A stretch of 64,000 nucleotides of DNA from an uncultured Gemmatimonadales bacterium. GTDB lineage: Bacteria; Gemmatimonadota; Gemmatimonadetes; Gemmatimonadales; GWC2-71-9. The notes below the pieces were generated by a model. It was not told the origin of the DNA. It did not search any database and was given only the letters and a program-made list of their open reading frames with translations. This document shows, piece after piece, positions 19,326 to 28,321 of the stretch. The stretch is taken from positions 1,568,001 through 1,632,000 of the forward strand of contig CAVZZO010000001.1 in the NCBI GenBank assembly GCA_963779755.1, read 5' to 3'. Positions within the stretch are counted from its first letter, which is position 1, and each line of letters opens with the position of its first letter. The translations under genes and the position numbers were made by a program.

Positions 19326-19397
19326 AGCCAGCGGTCGGGATTGAACCGACGACCGCCCGATTACGAATCGGGTGCTCTACCACTGAGCTACGCTGGC
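19326..19397 (-). tRNA. tRNA-Thr (CGT)
   Basis: GCCAGCG acceptor stem, D arm AGCTCAGTGGTAGAGC, anticodon arm CCCGA-TT-CGT-AA-TCGGG, T loop GGTTCAATCC; CCA not encoded. Confidence 0.95.
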
Positions 19398-19492
19398 GAA
19401 TCCGCGCGACGCGGAGATGGTGCAGCACGATAGCCTGCGGAACCTCCCGGAACGAGCAGGGGCCGAGAAGCCTTCCTCTCGACCCCGTCCAG

Positions 19493-19574
19493 TGCCCTGG
19501 CGCGGATTCGAACCGCGACGCCTTTCGGCACTACCCCCTCAAGATAGCGTGTCTACCAATTTCACCACCAGGGC
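19493..19574 (-). tRNA. tRNA-Leu (GAG)
   Basis: GCCCTGG acceptor stem, anticodon arm CTATC-TT-GAG-GG-GGTAG, long variable arm GCCGAAAGGC, GGTTCGAATCC. Confidence 0.95.
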
Positions 19575-19626
19575 GAGGGGCGGGGAAATTAAGACGCCGC
19601 GCCCCGGGAAAGCAAGCAGATCCCGA

Positions 19627-21585
19627 TCAGCCCTCCCGGCCACCGGCCAGGTCGCTCGCGGCGGTCGCGGCAACGGCGCCACCCCGCTGGTCCAGGGGCG
19701 AGCCGCTGGCCCAGCGCCGCAGCGCCGGGACGGCGGGGATCGCCAGCCCGTGGGCTTCCAGCAGGCGCAGGGCGTCGGGCCCGTCGATGGTCTCGTGTTC
19801 CAGCAGCGCTCCCGCCAGGGCATCCAGGGCCGCCCGATGGCTGGTGAGCACGTCCTTCACCCGGGCGTAGAGCCGTTCGATCAGGCTGCGCACGTCGGCG
19901 TCCATGGAGCGATGGGTCTCGGCGCTGGGAGGGCCGGCCTGCTCGTCGTAGACCACGAGGCCGGTGCTCTCGCCCATGCCCAGATGATAGACCATCTCCC
20001 GCGCTACCCGGGTGACGTGCTGCAGGTCGCTCCGCGCGCCGCTGGTGATGGCCTCATGACCGAAGACGATCTCTTCCGCGGCCCGGCCCCCCAGTCCCTT
20101 GAGGATCTGGCCCTCGAGATAGCGGCGCGAGTGCAGGTGCCGGTCGTCGTCCGGGGCGAAGAACGCGACCCCCATCGCCTGGCCTCGCGGCTGGATGGTC
20201 ACCTTGTGCAGCCCGTCCTCCGGACAGCAGAGGACTCCGGCGATGGCATGGCCGGCTTCGTGCCACGCCACCGTATTCCATTCGACATCGCTGGCTTCGA
20301 ACCCGCTGCGCTCCTTGCCCAGCAGCATCCGGTCGCGCGCCTGCTCCAGATGGGGCCACTCGACGGTGGGGCTGGCATCGCGCGCCGCCGCGATGGCCGC
20401 CTCATTCACCAGGTTGGCGAGGTCGGCGCCGCTCGACTGCGGCATCAGCCGGGCCAGCCGGCCCAGATCGACCTGCGCGCCCAGGGGAATCGCGCGCCGC
20501 TCCACGTGCAGCCGCAGGATCGCCTCGCGCTCGGGGCCGGTCGGCAGGGCCACCGTGACGCTGCGATCGAACCGGCCGGGCCGGAGCAGCGCCGGATCGA
20601 GAGTGTCCGGCCGATTGGTGGCGGCGATGACCACGACCCCGTCCATGGGCGAGAAACCGTCCAACTCCACCAGCAGCTGGTTCAGGGTCCGGTCGTCCTC
20701 GTTATGCGACTGGTTGCGGCCGCGGCGGCCGCCCAGGGCGTCGATCTCATCGATGAAGATGACCCCGCCGTGCCGGCGCGCCTTGCGGAAGAGCGACTTG
20801 ATCCGCATGACGCCGAGCCCCACCACGAAGCCGGTGATTTCGGAGCCGGAGATGCTCCAGAACGGCACCCCCGCCTCGCCCGCCACGGCGCGCGCCATCA
20901 GCGTCTTGCCCGTGCCCGGTGCCCCGAAGAGCAGGACGCCCTTGGGTGTCCGCGCGCCCAGCCGGCGAAAACGCTCGGGAGCGCGGAGGAACTCGATGAC
21001 CTCGCGCAACTCGGCGGTGGCGCCGGTATTGCCCGCCACGTCGGCGAAAGTGGTGCTGCTTCCCGTCCGGCGGCCGACCTGCCCCCCGTTGGAGTTCCGG
21101 AGGTACCGGAAGGCCACCAGGCCCAGCGCGGCGATCAGCAGGATGTTGAGTGCCAGATTGAAGGAGAGCTCGGGCGCACCGGCATGGGGCGATTCGAACC
21201 GTACCGGGACTCCGGCGTCCTCCGCTTTCTGGACAATGCCGTCCACCGAGGTGGTCGGGAACTCGGCCCGCTCGCTGGCCGCCCCGACGGCCGCTGTGGT
21301 CCAGCCGATCACCTCGCGTCCCGGGACGATGGTCAGGGAGTCGAGCTGGTGCGCCGCCAGATGCGCCAGCACCGCCGAGTACGCCACCGTGGGCGTCGGC
21401 AGCGGGGCGACCCAGTGTCGCTTGAGCTGCACGCCCGCCGCCAGCGCCAGCATCGCGGCGCCCGCCACCATGAGGCCGGGCGCCAGGAGGCGGCGCCCGG
21501 TGCGGCGGGTGCTCCAGAACCGGGTGGTGGAGGGCCCCTTCGAGGTACGGGCCACTTCGGGCGAGGTGGTTGTTCGGTCAGTCAC
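19627..21585 (-). CDS. ftsH: FtsH-family ATP-dependent zinc metalloprotease (divergent paralog)
   Basis: Two TM helices, Walker A GAPGTGKT, Walker B IFIDEID, SRH TNRPDTLDPALLRPGRFD, HEAGH; GTG start after GGAG. Confidence 0.88.
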   Translation of the reverse strand: MTDRTTTSPEVARTSKGPSTTRFWSTRRTGRRLLAPGLMVAGAAMLALAAGVQLKRHWVAPLPTPTVAYSAVLAHLAAHQLDSLTIVPGREVIGWTTAAVGAASERAEFPTTSVDGIVQKAEDAGVPVRFESPHAGAPELSFNLALNILLIAALGLVAFRYLRNSNGGQVGRRTGSSTTFADVAGNTGATAELREVIEFLRAPERFRRLGARTPKGVLLFGAPGTGKTLMARAVAGEAGVPFWSISGSEITGFVVGLGVMRIKSLFRKARRHGGVIFIDEIDALGGRRGRNQSHNEDDRTLNQLLVELDGFSPMDGVVVIAATNRPDTLDPALLRPGRFDRSVTVALPTGPEREAILRLHVERRAIPLGAQVDLGRLARLMPQSSGADLANLVNEAAIAAARDASPTVEWPHLEQARDRMLLGKERSGFEASDVEWNTVAWHEAGHAIAGVLCCPEDGLHKVTIQPRGQAMGVAFFAPDDDRHLHSRRYLEGQILKGLGGRAAEEIVFGHEAITSGARSDLQHVTRVAREMVYHLGMGESTGLVVYDEQAGPPSAETHRSMDADVRSLIERLYARVKDVLTSHRAALDALAGALLEHETIDGPDALRLLEAHGLAIPAVPALRRWASGSPLDQRGGAVAATAASDLAGGREG

Positions 21586-21766
21586 TGAGCAAATCTCCCG
21601 CGCACTGGAAGCACGGTGGCTTGGTCCTGGATACTGCGGAAGGAGATCCGGCACGCGGAAACTCTCCCGACTGTGGCATCGGGGTCAGGAGTTCGCGTTT
21701 CGCATGATTGAACCGATGACTCGGCCCTGCAGCGGCAGGCGGAATCCCAACTCCGCCTTGAAAGGT

Positions 21767-21782
21767 AGCAAATCATGTGCCC
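21767..21782 (-). promoter_or_regulatory. Sigma-54 (-24/-12) promoter upstream of the ftsH paralog
   Basis: Minus strand GGGCAC-ATGAT-TTGCT with exact GG-N10-GC spacing. Confidence 0.6.
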
Positions 21783-21796
21783 TGCGTCACATCCTG

Positions 21797-23761
21797 CTAC
21801 GACCGCAGCAGCGTCTCGCCGAAGTAGCCGGGCGGAATGGTGCCCATCCCCATGAATGCTTCGTGGAAGTGCTTGAGCCAGTCTTTCGCGGGCGCGGCGC
21901 CGGCGCTGGGCGCGTGCTGCTCCCGATACGCAGCCCGGAGGCTCATGATCTCGTTCTTGCCCAGGTTGTAGGTGATCGCCTGGGTGGGCCACTTGCTGTA
22001 GCGGTAGATGGCGCGCCGGGCGCTGTCGCAGATGGCGCGGGCAGTATCGTCCTCCGGGGCGGCGCTGCAGGCCTGGGGATAGAACGACACATGCTCGGTG
22101 AAGTAGTCCAGCGCCTGCTGGTAGCTCATGCGCCCGGTGTGGAGCCCCACGTCCACCCGCACCCGGACGGCTCGCAGCAGCTGCCCCTGGAGCTCGTAGA
22201 AGTGCTCCGCGGGGGTATAGAACCCGTGCGGCCGTCCGGATACCGGCTCGGCCATCAGCTCCTCGGCGTAGAGGGCCCAGCCTTCGGCCGCCATGGAGTC
22301 CTCCCACATGGACGAGGAGTCTTCCACCGACCCCGGGGTCAGCCAGCGAATGTTGGAGATTTCGCCGGCGTGCTGCGTCATGTACTTGTAGTGCCAGTCG
22401 TGCCCGGGAAAGCCCTCATGCACCGCCGTATCCGCCACCGAGGCGCGGTTGTTGAGCCGCAGGGCGGCGGGGTCGTTGTCGGTGGGCGTGAGATAGAACC
22501 GCCCTACCCCGGAGTGCTTGAACGGCGGAGCGGGGTAGTAGGCAGCGTCGATGGTGCTCCGCAGCACCGGCGGCGTCGGGACGATCTCCAGCCGGTAGTC
22601 GGCGGGAATGTCGAACATGCGCTGCTCCCGTCCGTAGGCCACGGCGCGGTCGGCCGCTTCCCGGTACCAGCGGAACAGCTCCGCATCGTTCCGGGGCGAG
22701 TCCCTGGCCAGGAAGTCCATGACCGCCCGCGCCCCGCTGCGGCGCACGGCGTCCGACCTGAAATCGAGGCCCAGTTGCGCCTCGCGGGCCACCTGCTGGG
22801 CCACATCGAACAGCCGCGATTCGTAGAGCGCCACCTGCTCGGCGCCGTAGTCCCAGAGCTGCTGCGGCGTGCGGTCCACCTGGAGGCAGTGCTGCACCCG
22901 CCAGGCGTATTCTTCCTCCCCGATGGCGTAGCGGTCGGCTGCCTCGTTGGCGTCGTAGGTCTGCTCCAGGAACCCGGCAAAACCCTGGAAGGCGTCGGCC
23001 GCGCCGGCTCCGGCCTCGGCCAGTCGCGACAGCGTCTTGTTCGCGAAGGGGCGCGCCCCCAGGTAGCCCTTCGCCGTGGCCGGCAAGGTGGTGCGAAAGT
23101 AGTCGGCATTGGCCTGGCTGCCGGCGATGCCGTCGCGCCGCACCATCCGCCGGTCGGGCAGGTTGCCGTTGGCCTTGCCCGCCAGCAGGTTGGCGCGCGC
23201 GCTGGCGAGAAAAGCCGGGACCGCCTCCAGCCGGCTGATCACCAGGTTCCATTCGTCCAGGCTGCCCCGGTCTGCTCCCTCGAACGCTTGCATCTGCTGG
23301 ATCTGCCAGTCGACGCCGCGGAACGGTTCGGCCACGTAGGTGTCCACCGCCCGCTCCTGCTGGCCCCGGGCAAACTGATGCAGCAGGAACTCCAGCTGCG
23401 CCGTCATCACGGCGTGGTCGATCTGGGCGGTCAGGTTGAGCCGGGTGGGGTCGAACGTGTCCAGCTGGTCGCGGTAGGTGCGATAGAGCCGGGCCTCGGC
23501 GGCCAGGCCCGGCTGGCTGTAGTCGCGCAGCCGGCCGTTGATGTCCCGCAGGGAGGGATCGTACCCGTCGCCGCCCAGATAGGTGGCGATGACCGGATTG
23601 TATTCCAGCGTGCGGAGGAAGTATTCGTCCCGCAGGCTCACGAAGGTGGCGTCGTTGCCGGTGGCGCCGGAGTGCGCGCCGCGGCAGGCGCCCAGGTAGC
23701 GGAGCACCCCGAACGACATGCCGATCTGGGAGGTCCGGAGCAGGAAGGTACGCCGGTGCAT
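21797..23761 (-). CDS. DUF885 family protein (Tat-exported, HExxxxH metallopeptidase-like)
   Basis: MHRRTFL twin-arginine signal; HEGFPGH, EGWALYAEE, RAVRVRVDVGLH, QAITYNLG. Confidence 0.88.
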   Translation of the reverse strand: MHRRTFLLRTSQIGMSFGVLRYLGACRGAHSGATGNDATFVSLRDEYFLRTLEYNPVIATYLGGDGYDPSLRDINGRLRDYSQPGLAAEARLYRTYRDQLDTFDPTRLNLTAQIDHAVMTAQLEFLLHQFARGQQERAVDTYVAEPFRGVDWQIQQMQAFEGADRGSLDEWNLVISRLEAVPAFLASARANLLAGKANGNLPDRRMVRRDGIAGSQANADYFRTTLPATAKGYLGARPFANKTLSRLAEAGAGAADAFQGFAGFLEQTYDANEAADRYAIGEEEYAWRVQHCLQVDRTPQQLWDYGAEQVALYESRLFDVAQQVAREAQLGLDFRSDAVRRSGARAVMDFLARDSPRNDAELFRWYREAADRAVAYGREQRMFDIPADYRLEIVPTPPVLRSTIDAAYYPAPPFKHSGVGRFYLTPTDNDPAALRLNNRASVADTAVHEGFPGHDWHYKYMTQHAGEISNIRWLTPGSVEDSSSMWEDSMAAEGWALYAEELMAEPVSGRPHGFYTPAEHFYELQGQLLRAVRVRVDVGLHTGRMSYQQALDYFTEHVSFYPQACSAAPEDDTARAICDSARRAIYRYSKWPTQAITYNLGKNEIMSLRAAYREQHAPSAGAAPAKDWLKHFHEAFMGMGTIPPGYFGETLLRS

Positions 23762-23801
23762 GGGGACTCGTGGGCTGGAGACCCAGAGAAGATAGAATGG
23801 A

Positions 23802-23898
23802 ATGGGCAGAGTGGGCAGAGTGGGCAGAGGCAGTGGGACCGTCGGCATTCCGGGCCTCAGCGAGGCGCCTCGCTCCGCCCACTCGGCCCACTCGGCCC
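23802..23898. repeat. Inverted 9-mer tandem repeats between divergent genes
   Basis: (TGGGCAGAG)x3 facing (CTC(C/G)GCCCA)x3-like units. Confidence 0.7.
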
Positions 23899-23916
23899 GT
23901 TCTCATATCTTTCGTC

Positions 23917-25338
23917 ATGCGCAACTCTCCCCTCGATTACGATCTCGCCGAAATGCGCCGCATGGCGGAGCAGGTGACGGCGATGGTGACCGAACATCTG
24001 GCCTCACTGCGGGAGCAGCCGGCGTTCGCCGGCCTGGGCCGGCCGGAGGCGGAGCGGCTCATCGCCGGGCCGGCGCCGGAGGCGGGCCGGCCGTTCGAAG
24101 AGTCGCTGGCGTTCCTGCGGGAACGGGTGTTCGCCTGGTCGGCTCGCGAGCCGCATCCCGGGTTTCTGGCCTATGTGCCCAGTTGCCCCACCTTTCCCGC
24201 CGTCATGGGCGACTGGCTCACCGCCGGCTACAACTGCTTCGGGGGGGCGTGGCAGGTCGGCGCCGGGCCGAGCCAGGTGGAGCTGGTGGTGCTGGACTGG
24301 TTTCGCCGCTGGATTGGCCTGCCGGAGGGAGCGGGAGGGCTGCTCACCTCCGGCGGATCTCTGGCGACCCTGACCGCCCTGGTGGCCGCACGGCATGCGG
24401 CCGTGGGCGACCGGCCGGAGCGGCTGCCGTTCCTGGTGGTTTATACCAGCAATCAGGCGCATTCCAGCGTCGCGCGGGCGGCGTGGATCGCCGGTATTCC
24501 CCGGAACCAGGTGCGCTCGCTGCCGGTGGACGGCGAGTACCGGCTCCGGCTGGACGCGCTGGAGGAGGCCATCCGCGCCGATCGGGCGAACGGTCTGACG
24601 CCCTTTCTGGTGGTGGCGAGCGCGGGGACCACCAATACCGGCTCGGTCGACCCCCTGGAGGCGATCGCCGCGCTGTGCCGGCGGGAGTCGCTCTGGTTCC
24701 ATGTGGATGCCGCCTACGGCGGATTCGCCGTCCTGACCGACCGGGGCCGCGCGGCGCTGCGGGGGCTGGCGCAGGCCGACAGCGTGGGACTCGATCCGCA
24801 CAAGTGGCTCTTCGTGCCCTTCGAGTGCGGCTGCCTGCTGGTGCGGGAGCCGCGGCGGCTGCGCGAGGCCTTTCTCATTTTTCCAGAGTACCTGCGGGAC
24901 AATGAGGGGCAGGAGTCGGAGGTGAACTTCGCCGACTACGGCCCCCAGCTCACCCGGACGACGCGCGCGCTCAAGGTGTGGCTTTCAGTGCAGACGGTGG
25001 GGCTCGCCGCCATCCGGTCGGCCATCGACGGCGCCATGAACCTGGCGCTCCTCCTGGAACGGCGGCTGCGTAAGGCGCCCGGTTTCGAGATCCTTTCGCC
25101 CGCCCGGCTCGGCGTCTGCTGCTTCCGGGCGTCGGGGGCCGGCGTTCCCGCCGCCCAACTGGACGCCCTCAACGAGCGGCTCAACCGCCGGCTGCGCGAA
25201 GGGGGGCGATTCTTCCTGTCCTCCACCCGGTTGCAGGGATGCTACGCGCTACGGGCGTGCTTTCTGGGATTCCGGACGACGGATGAGGATGTGGAGGCGC
25301 TGGTGCGGGAACTGACAGGACTGAGAGAAAAGGACTGA
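23917..25338 (+). CDS. Group II PLP-dependent decarboxylase (aromatic-L-amino-acid decarboxylase-like)
   Basis: HPGFLAY, TSGGS, AHSSV, AGTTNTGSVD, HVDAAYGG, DPHKW (PLP lysine). Confidence 0.9.
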   Translation: MRNSPLDYDLAEMRRMAEQVTAMVTEHLASLREQPAFAGLGRPEAERLIAGPAPEAGRPFEESLAFLRERVFAWSAREPHPGFLAYVPSCPTFPAVMGDWLTAGYNCFGGAWQVGAGPSQVELVVLDWFRRWIGLPEGAGGLLTSGGSLATLTALVAARHAAVGDRPERLPFLVVYTSNQAHSSVARAAWIAGIPRNQVRSLPVDGEYRLRLDALEEAIRADRANGLTPFLVVASAGTTNTGSVDPLEAIAALCRRESLWFHVDAAYGGFAVLTDRGRAALRGLAQADSVGLDPHKWLFVPFECGCLLVREPRRLREAFLIFPEYLRDNEGQESEVNFADYGPQLTRTTRALKVWLSVQTVGLAAIRSAIDGAMNLALLLERRLRKAPGFEILSPARLGVCCFRASGAGVPAAQLDALNERLNRRLREGGRFFLSSTRLQGCYALRACFLGFRTTDEDVEALVRELTGLREKD

Positions 25339-25348
25339 GAGAAAGGTA

Positions 25349-26422
25349 TCAGTGGATCGAAACCACGATACTCACCGCGATCAGAATGATGATAATCCAC
25401 TCCAGCACCTCCATCCGCCGGGCGCCGGCGCGGTCGGAGAGCTTCTGGTACAGGTTCTCGATCGTCTCCAGTTTCCGCTGAATGCTGGCGTCCCAGTCGG
25501 CCAGGTGAAAGCGCTGGGACACCGTCCGGTAGAGCCGGCCCAGGAACTGGTCGCCGAAGAGCTTGAGCGCGTTGGTGACCCGTTCGAAGAGCAGGGCCGC
25601 GTCCACCTGCATGCCGCCTACCTGGCCCAGCTCGCTTGCCCGCCCGGCGAAGAGTCCCCGGCGATGGGAGAGCGCCTGATAGGCCCGCTCCAGGGCCTGG
25701 TCCAGCTCTTCGTCCAGGTGCCGCATCTCCAGCAGCTGCACGTTGGCGAACTCGAGGATGGCACGCGACTCGTCGCCGTCCGGGTCGTAGATGAGTGCGG
25801 CGTTCCAGTCCACCACGGTGGCGTCGCCCGGTCCGTAGGACAGGCGTGCGGAACGGACATCCTCGATTTCCTGGCCGGATAGCGGGCCGGGGGATGCGCG
25901 GAGAATGCGGGCGATGACCGCCGCCTCATCCCGGCACAGCGCGTCCGCCGGCAGCGGCTCGGTGAAGCCGTCGATCTGAAAGACCAGGTAATCCTCCACC
26001 AAGGTTCCCAGGGCGGGGCGCTCCAGCGCATTCCCGAGCCGGTCCATGAGGTCGCCTACCCGCTCGCGGGCCAGATCGCGCAGCGCCGCATGCTCCGCCA
26101 GCGCATCGCTCAGGGCCGGCAGTGACTCCAGCGGGCCCTCCAGGGGAAGCGTGAAGGCCAGCGACACGGCTCCGAAGTCGAAGAGGACCGCATCCAGGCC
26201 CGGACGGGTGCTCCAGTCTCCGATAGCGACCGGCGCCGCCTCCAGCGGCACCCGGAGCGGCGCCGGCCGGTACTGGAAGGACTGCGGGGCCCGGCGGGTC
26301 TGCCGCAGGCGCTGCCGCTCCGTGGTTGCACGCAACGCCCGCTCGCACGCGTCCAGATCGATGCTCTGGGCGATATCGAAGGCGAAGAACAGGTGACAGC
26401 GCCCCCGCGCGATGTGAGGCAT
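25349..26422 (-). CDS. RMD1/DUF155-like membrane protein
   Basis: LFDFGAVS, VVDWNAA, EFANVQLLE, W..SI.RKL, C-terminal LEWIIIILIA TM helix. Confidence 0.65.
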   Translation of the reverse strand: MPHIARGRCHLFFAFDIAQSIDLDACERALRATTERQRLRQTRRAPQSFQYRPAPLRVPLEAAPVAIGDWSTRPGLDAVLFDFGAVSLAFTLPLEGPLESLPALSDALAEHAALRDLARERVGDLMDRLGNALERPALGTLVEDYLVFQIDGFTEPLPADALCRDEAAVIARILRASPGPLSGQEIEDVRSARLSYGPGDATVVDWNAALIYDPDGDESRAILEFANVQLLEMRHLDEELDQALERAYQALSHRRGLFAGRASELGQVGGMQVDAALLFERVTNALKLFGDQFLGRLYRTVSQRFHLADWDASIQRKLETIENLYQKLSDRAGARRMEVLEWIIIILIAVSIVVSIH

Positions 26423-26657
26423 GGGGGAAGTATAAGGACGGGCGCCACCGGAACCCCTGTCATCCCGAGGCAACAGGGATCGAGAGGGTCGGGTTGGCTG
26501 GAGATCACCCGGCCGCGCGGTTTCCCCGGGGCCACCGGCCTTCCCCGGGCTCTGTCCTCCTTACTTCCCGCTTCATCCCCCGTTCACTGCTCTGCTCTTA
26601 TGCTGGGTCATCTGGCCATGGGCCAGGCACTGTCACCCTCTAGCATGCGGGCTGCCC

Positions 26658-27857
26658 ATGCGACGATCTGGCGCTGTGACTCTGTCCAACGTTGTCTGCC
26701 TGGCGGCGGGGCTGCTGCTCCTGGCTCCCGCGCGGGCGGAGGCGATCCCGGCCTTCGCGCGGCGCTACCGGGTCAGCTGTCAGCTCTGCCACAATGTGAT
26801 CCCCCAGCTCACCACCTTCGGCCGGAATTTCATGGCCAACGGGTATCGGCTGAGCGCGGCGGAGATGCCGCGGGATACCATCGGGACGGGCGATCCCATA
26901 CTCACGCTGCTGGGCAGCCTGCCGCTCGCCGTGCGGCTGGACGCCTACGCCCAGCTCTACGCCAACGGCCGGACCGCCACCGATTTCGAGACGCCCTACC
27001 AGCTGAAGGTGCTCTCCAGCGGCCCCCTGTCGCGGACCTTCTCCTACTACTTCTATGCCTTTCTGGCCGAGCGGGGCGAAGTGGGCGGGGTGGAGGACGC
27101 ATTTCTGTATGTGAACGATATCGGCGGGCAGCCGGTGGACCTGGCCATCGGCCAGTTCCAGGTCTCCGATCCGCTCTTCAAGCGCGAGCTGCGGCTGGAG
27201 TTCGAGGACTATGCCGTCTACCGGGCGCGGATCGGTGAGGTGCCCGCCGACCTGACCTACGACCGCGGGCTCATGGCCACCGCGGAATTCGCCGGCTTCA
27301 CCGTGACCGGCGAACTGCTGAACGGCAACGGCAAGGGCGCTGCGCTGGCCAACCGCCGCTTCGACAACGACCCCGCCAAGAACGCCATGCTTCATGTCAG
27401 CCGCGATCTCGCGCCCGGCTGGCGGCTGGGCTTCTTCGGGTATTACGGCCGCATCACCAGCACCGGACTGCTGAACGAGACCACCATGTTCGGGGCGGAT
27501 GGGACGGTGGAACGCGGGCCGTTCACCCTCAACCTGCAGTATGTGCACCGGGAGGATGATCGTCCGACCTTCCTCCCCGTGGAGGCGCGGAACACCCTGG
27601 ACGGGGGGTTCGGCGAGGTGTTGTTCCGCCCCACCGCCAGCCGCTGGTACGCCTTTGCGCTCTACAACCTGGTGGACTCCGACCGGCCCGTCCTGGACGT
27701 CCGCCTGGGCGGGCCGGTAGGGATCACCCGCTACCAGAGTGCGGCGGCCGGCTTCGGCCACCTCATCCGCCGCAACCTGCGCTGGGTCACCGAGGGGACG
27801 TGGGACTTCGAGGAGGAGGCGTTACGATGGACATTCGGCTTCGTGTCGGCCTTTTGA
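26658..27857 (+). CDS. Cyc2-like monoheme cytochrome c-porin fusion
   Basis: Signal peptide, IPAFARRY..SCQLCH..PQL..FGR.F..NGY, then a beta-strand-rich region ending in Phe. Confidence 0.8.
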   Translation: MRRSGAVTLSNVVCLAAGLLLLAPARAEAIPAFARRYRVSCQLCHNVIPQLTTFGRNFMANGYRLSAAEMPRDTIGTGDPILTLLGSLPLAVRLDAYAQLYANGRTATDFETPYQLKVLSSGPLSRTFSYYFYAFLAERGEVGGVEDAFLYVNDIGGQPVDLAIGQFQVSDPLFKRELRLEFEDYAVYRARIGEVPADLTYDRGLMATAEFAGFTVTGELLNGNGKGAALANRRFDNDPAKNAMLHVSRDLAPGWRLGFFGYYGRITSTGLLNETTMFGADGTVERGPFTLNLQYVHREDDRPTFLPVEARNTLDGGFGEVLFRPTASRWYAFALYNLVDSDRPVLDVRLGGPVGITRYQSAAAGFGHLIRRNLRWVTEGTWDFEEEALRWTFGFVSAF

Positions 27858-28210
27858 TCGGGGGGGTGGCGCTGGCCGCCCCCGAAGCCGGGGCGCAGGC
27901 CCCGGACTCCCTGCCGCCGGCGGTCAGGGCGGCCATGATCGAGCGGGGGCGCGCGGTGTTCTCGGGCCCGGGGGCCTGTTTCGCCTGCCACGGCAGCGAT
28001 GCGCGCGGCGCCCTGGGGCCCAGCCTGGCGGACAGCGTCTGGCTGCACAGCGACGGCAGCTACGAAGCGATCATCCAGCAGGTGCAACAGGGTGTGCCCG
28101 CCGCCCAGTCGAAGTCGGGCGTGGTCATGCCCCCGCGCGGCGGGACGCAGCTCAGTGATCAGGATGTGCGCGCCGTGGCGGCGTATGTGTGGAGTCTCAC
28201 GCGGAGCTAG
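27827..28210 (+). CDS. Periplasmic monoheme class I cytochrome c
   Basis: GGAGG RBS, signal peptide, CFACH, GPSL.D..WLH, distal MPP. Confidence 0.9.
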   Translation: MDIRLRVGLLIGGVALAAPEAGAQAPDSLPPAVRAAMIERGRAVFSGPGACFACHGSDARGALGPSLADSVWLHSDGSYEAIIQQVQQGVPAAQSKSGVVMPPRGGTQLSDQDVRAVAAYVWSLTRS

Positions 28211-28321
28211 GGACCGTTTCCCGCGGTTCCGGCTCGCGCCGGCCGCCCGCTTCCCGGTCCTTTACCCGCGCACCGCTCTGGAGTAACCTCCGGGGGTCAC
28301 TGCCAAGGACAGCGATCCCAC

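Noticed and set aside
21590..21765. Cobalamin or c-di-GMP riboswitch in the ftsH leader
   Set aside because: Hairpins are present, but the conserved aptamer cores could not be matched in order
20195..23977. 1260-aa plus-strand ORF and many similar long alternative ORFs (e.g. 2473..4254 -, 19417..21588 +, 28262..30520 -, 37986..40256 -)
   Set aside because: Antisense or off-frame shadows of clearly recognisable genes, as expected in high-GC DNA; no protein motifs
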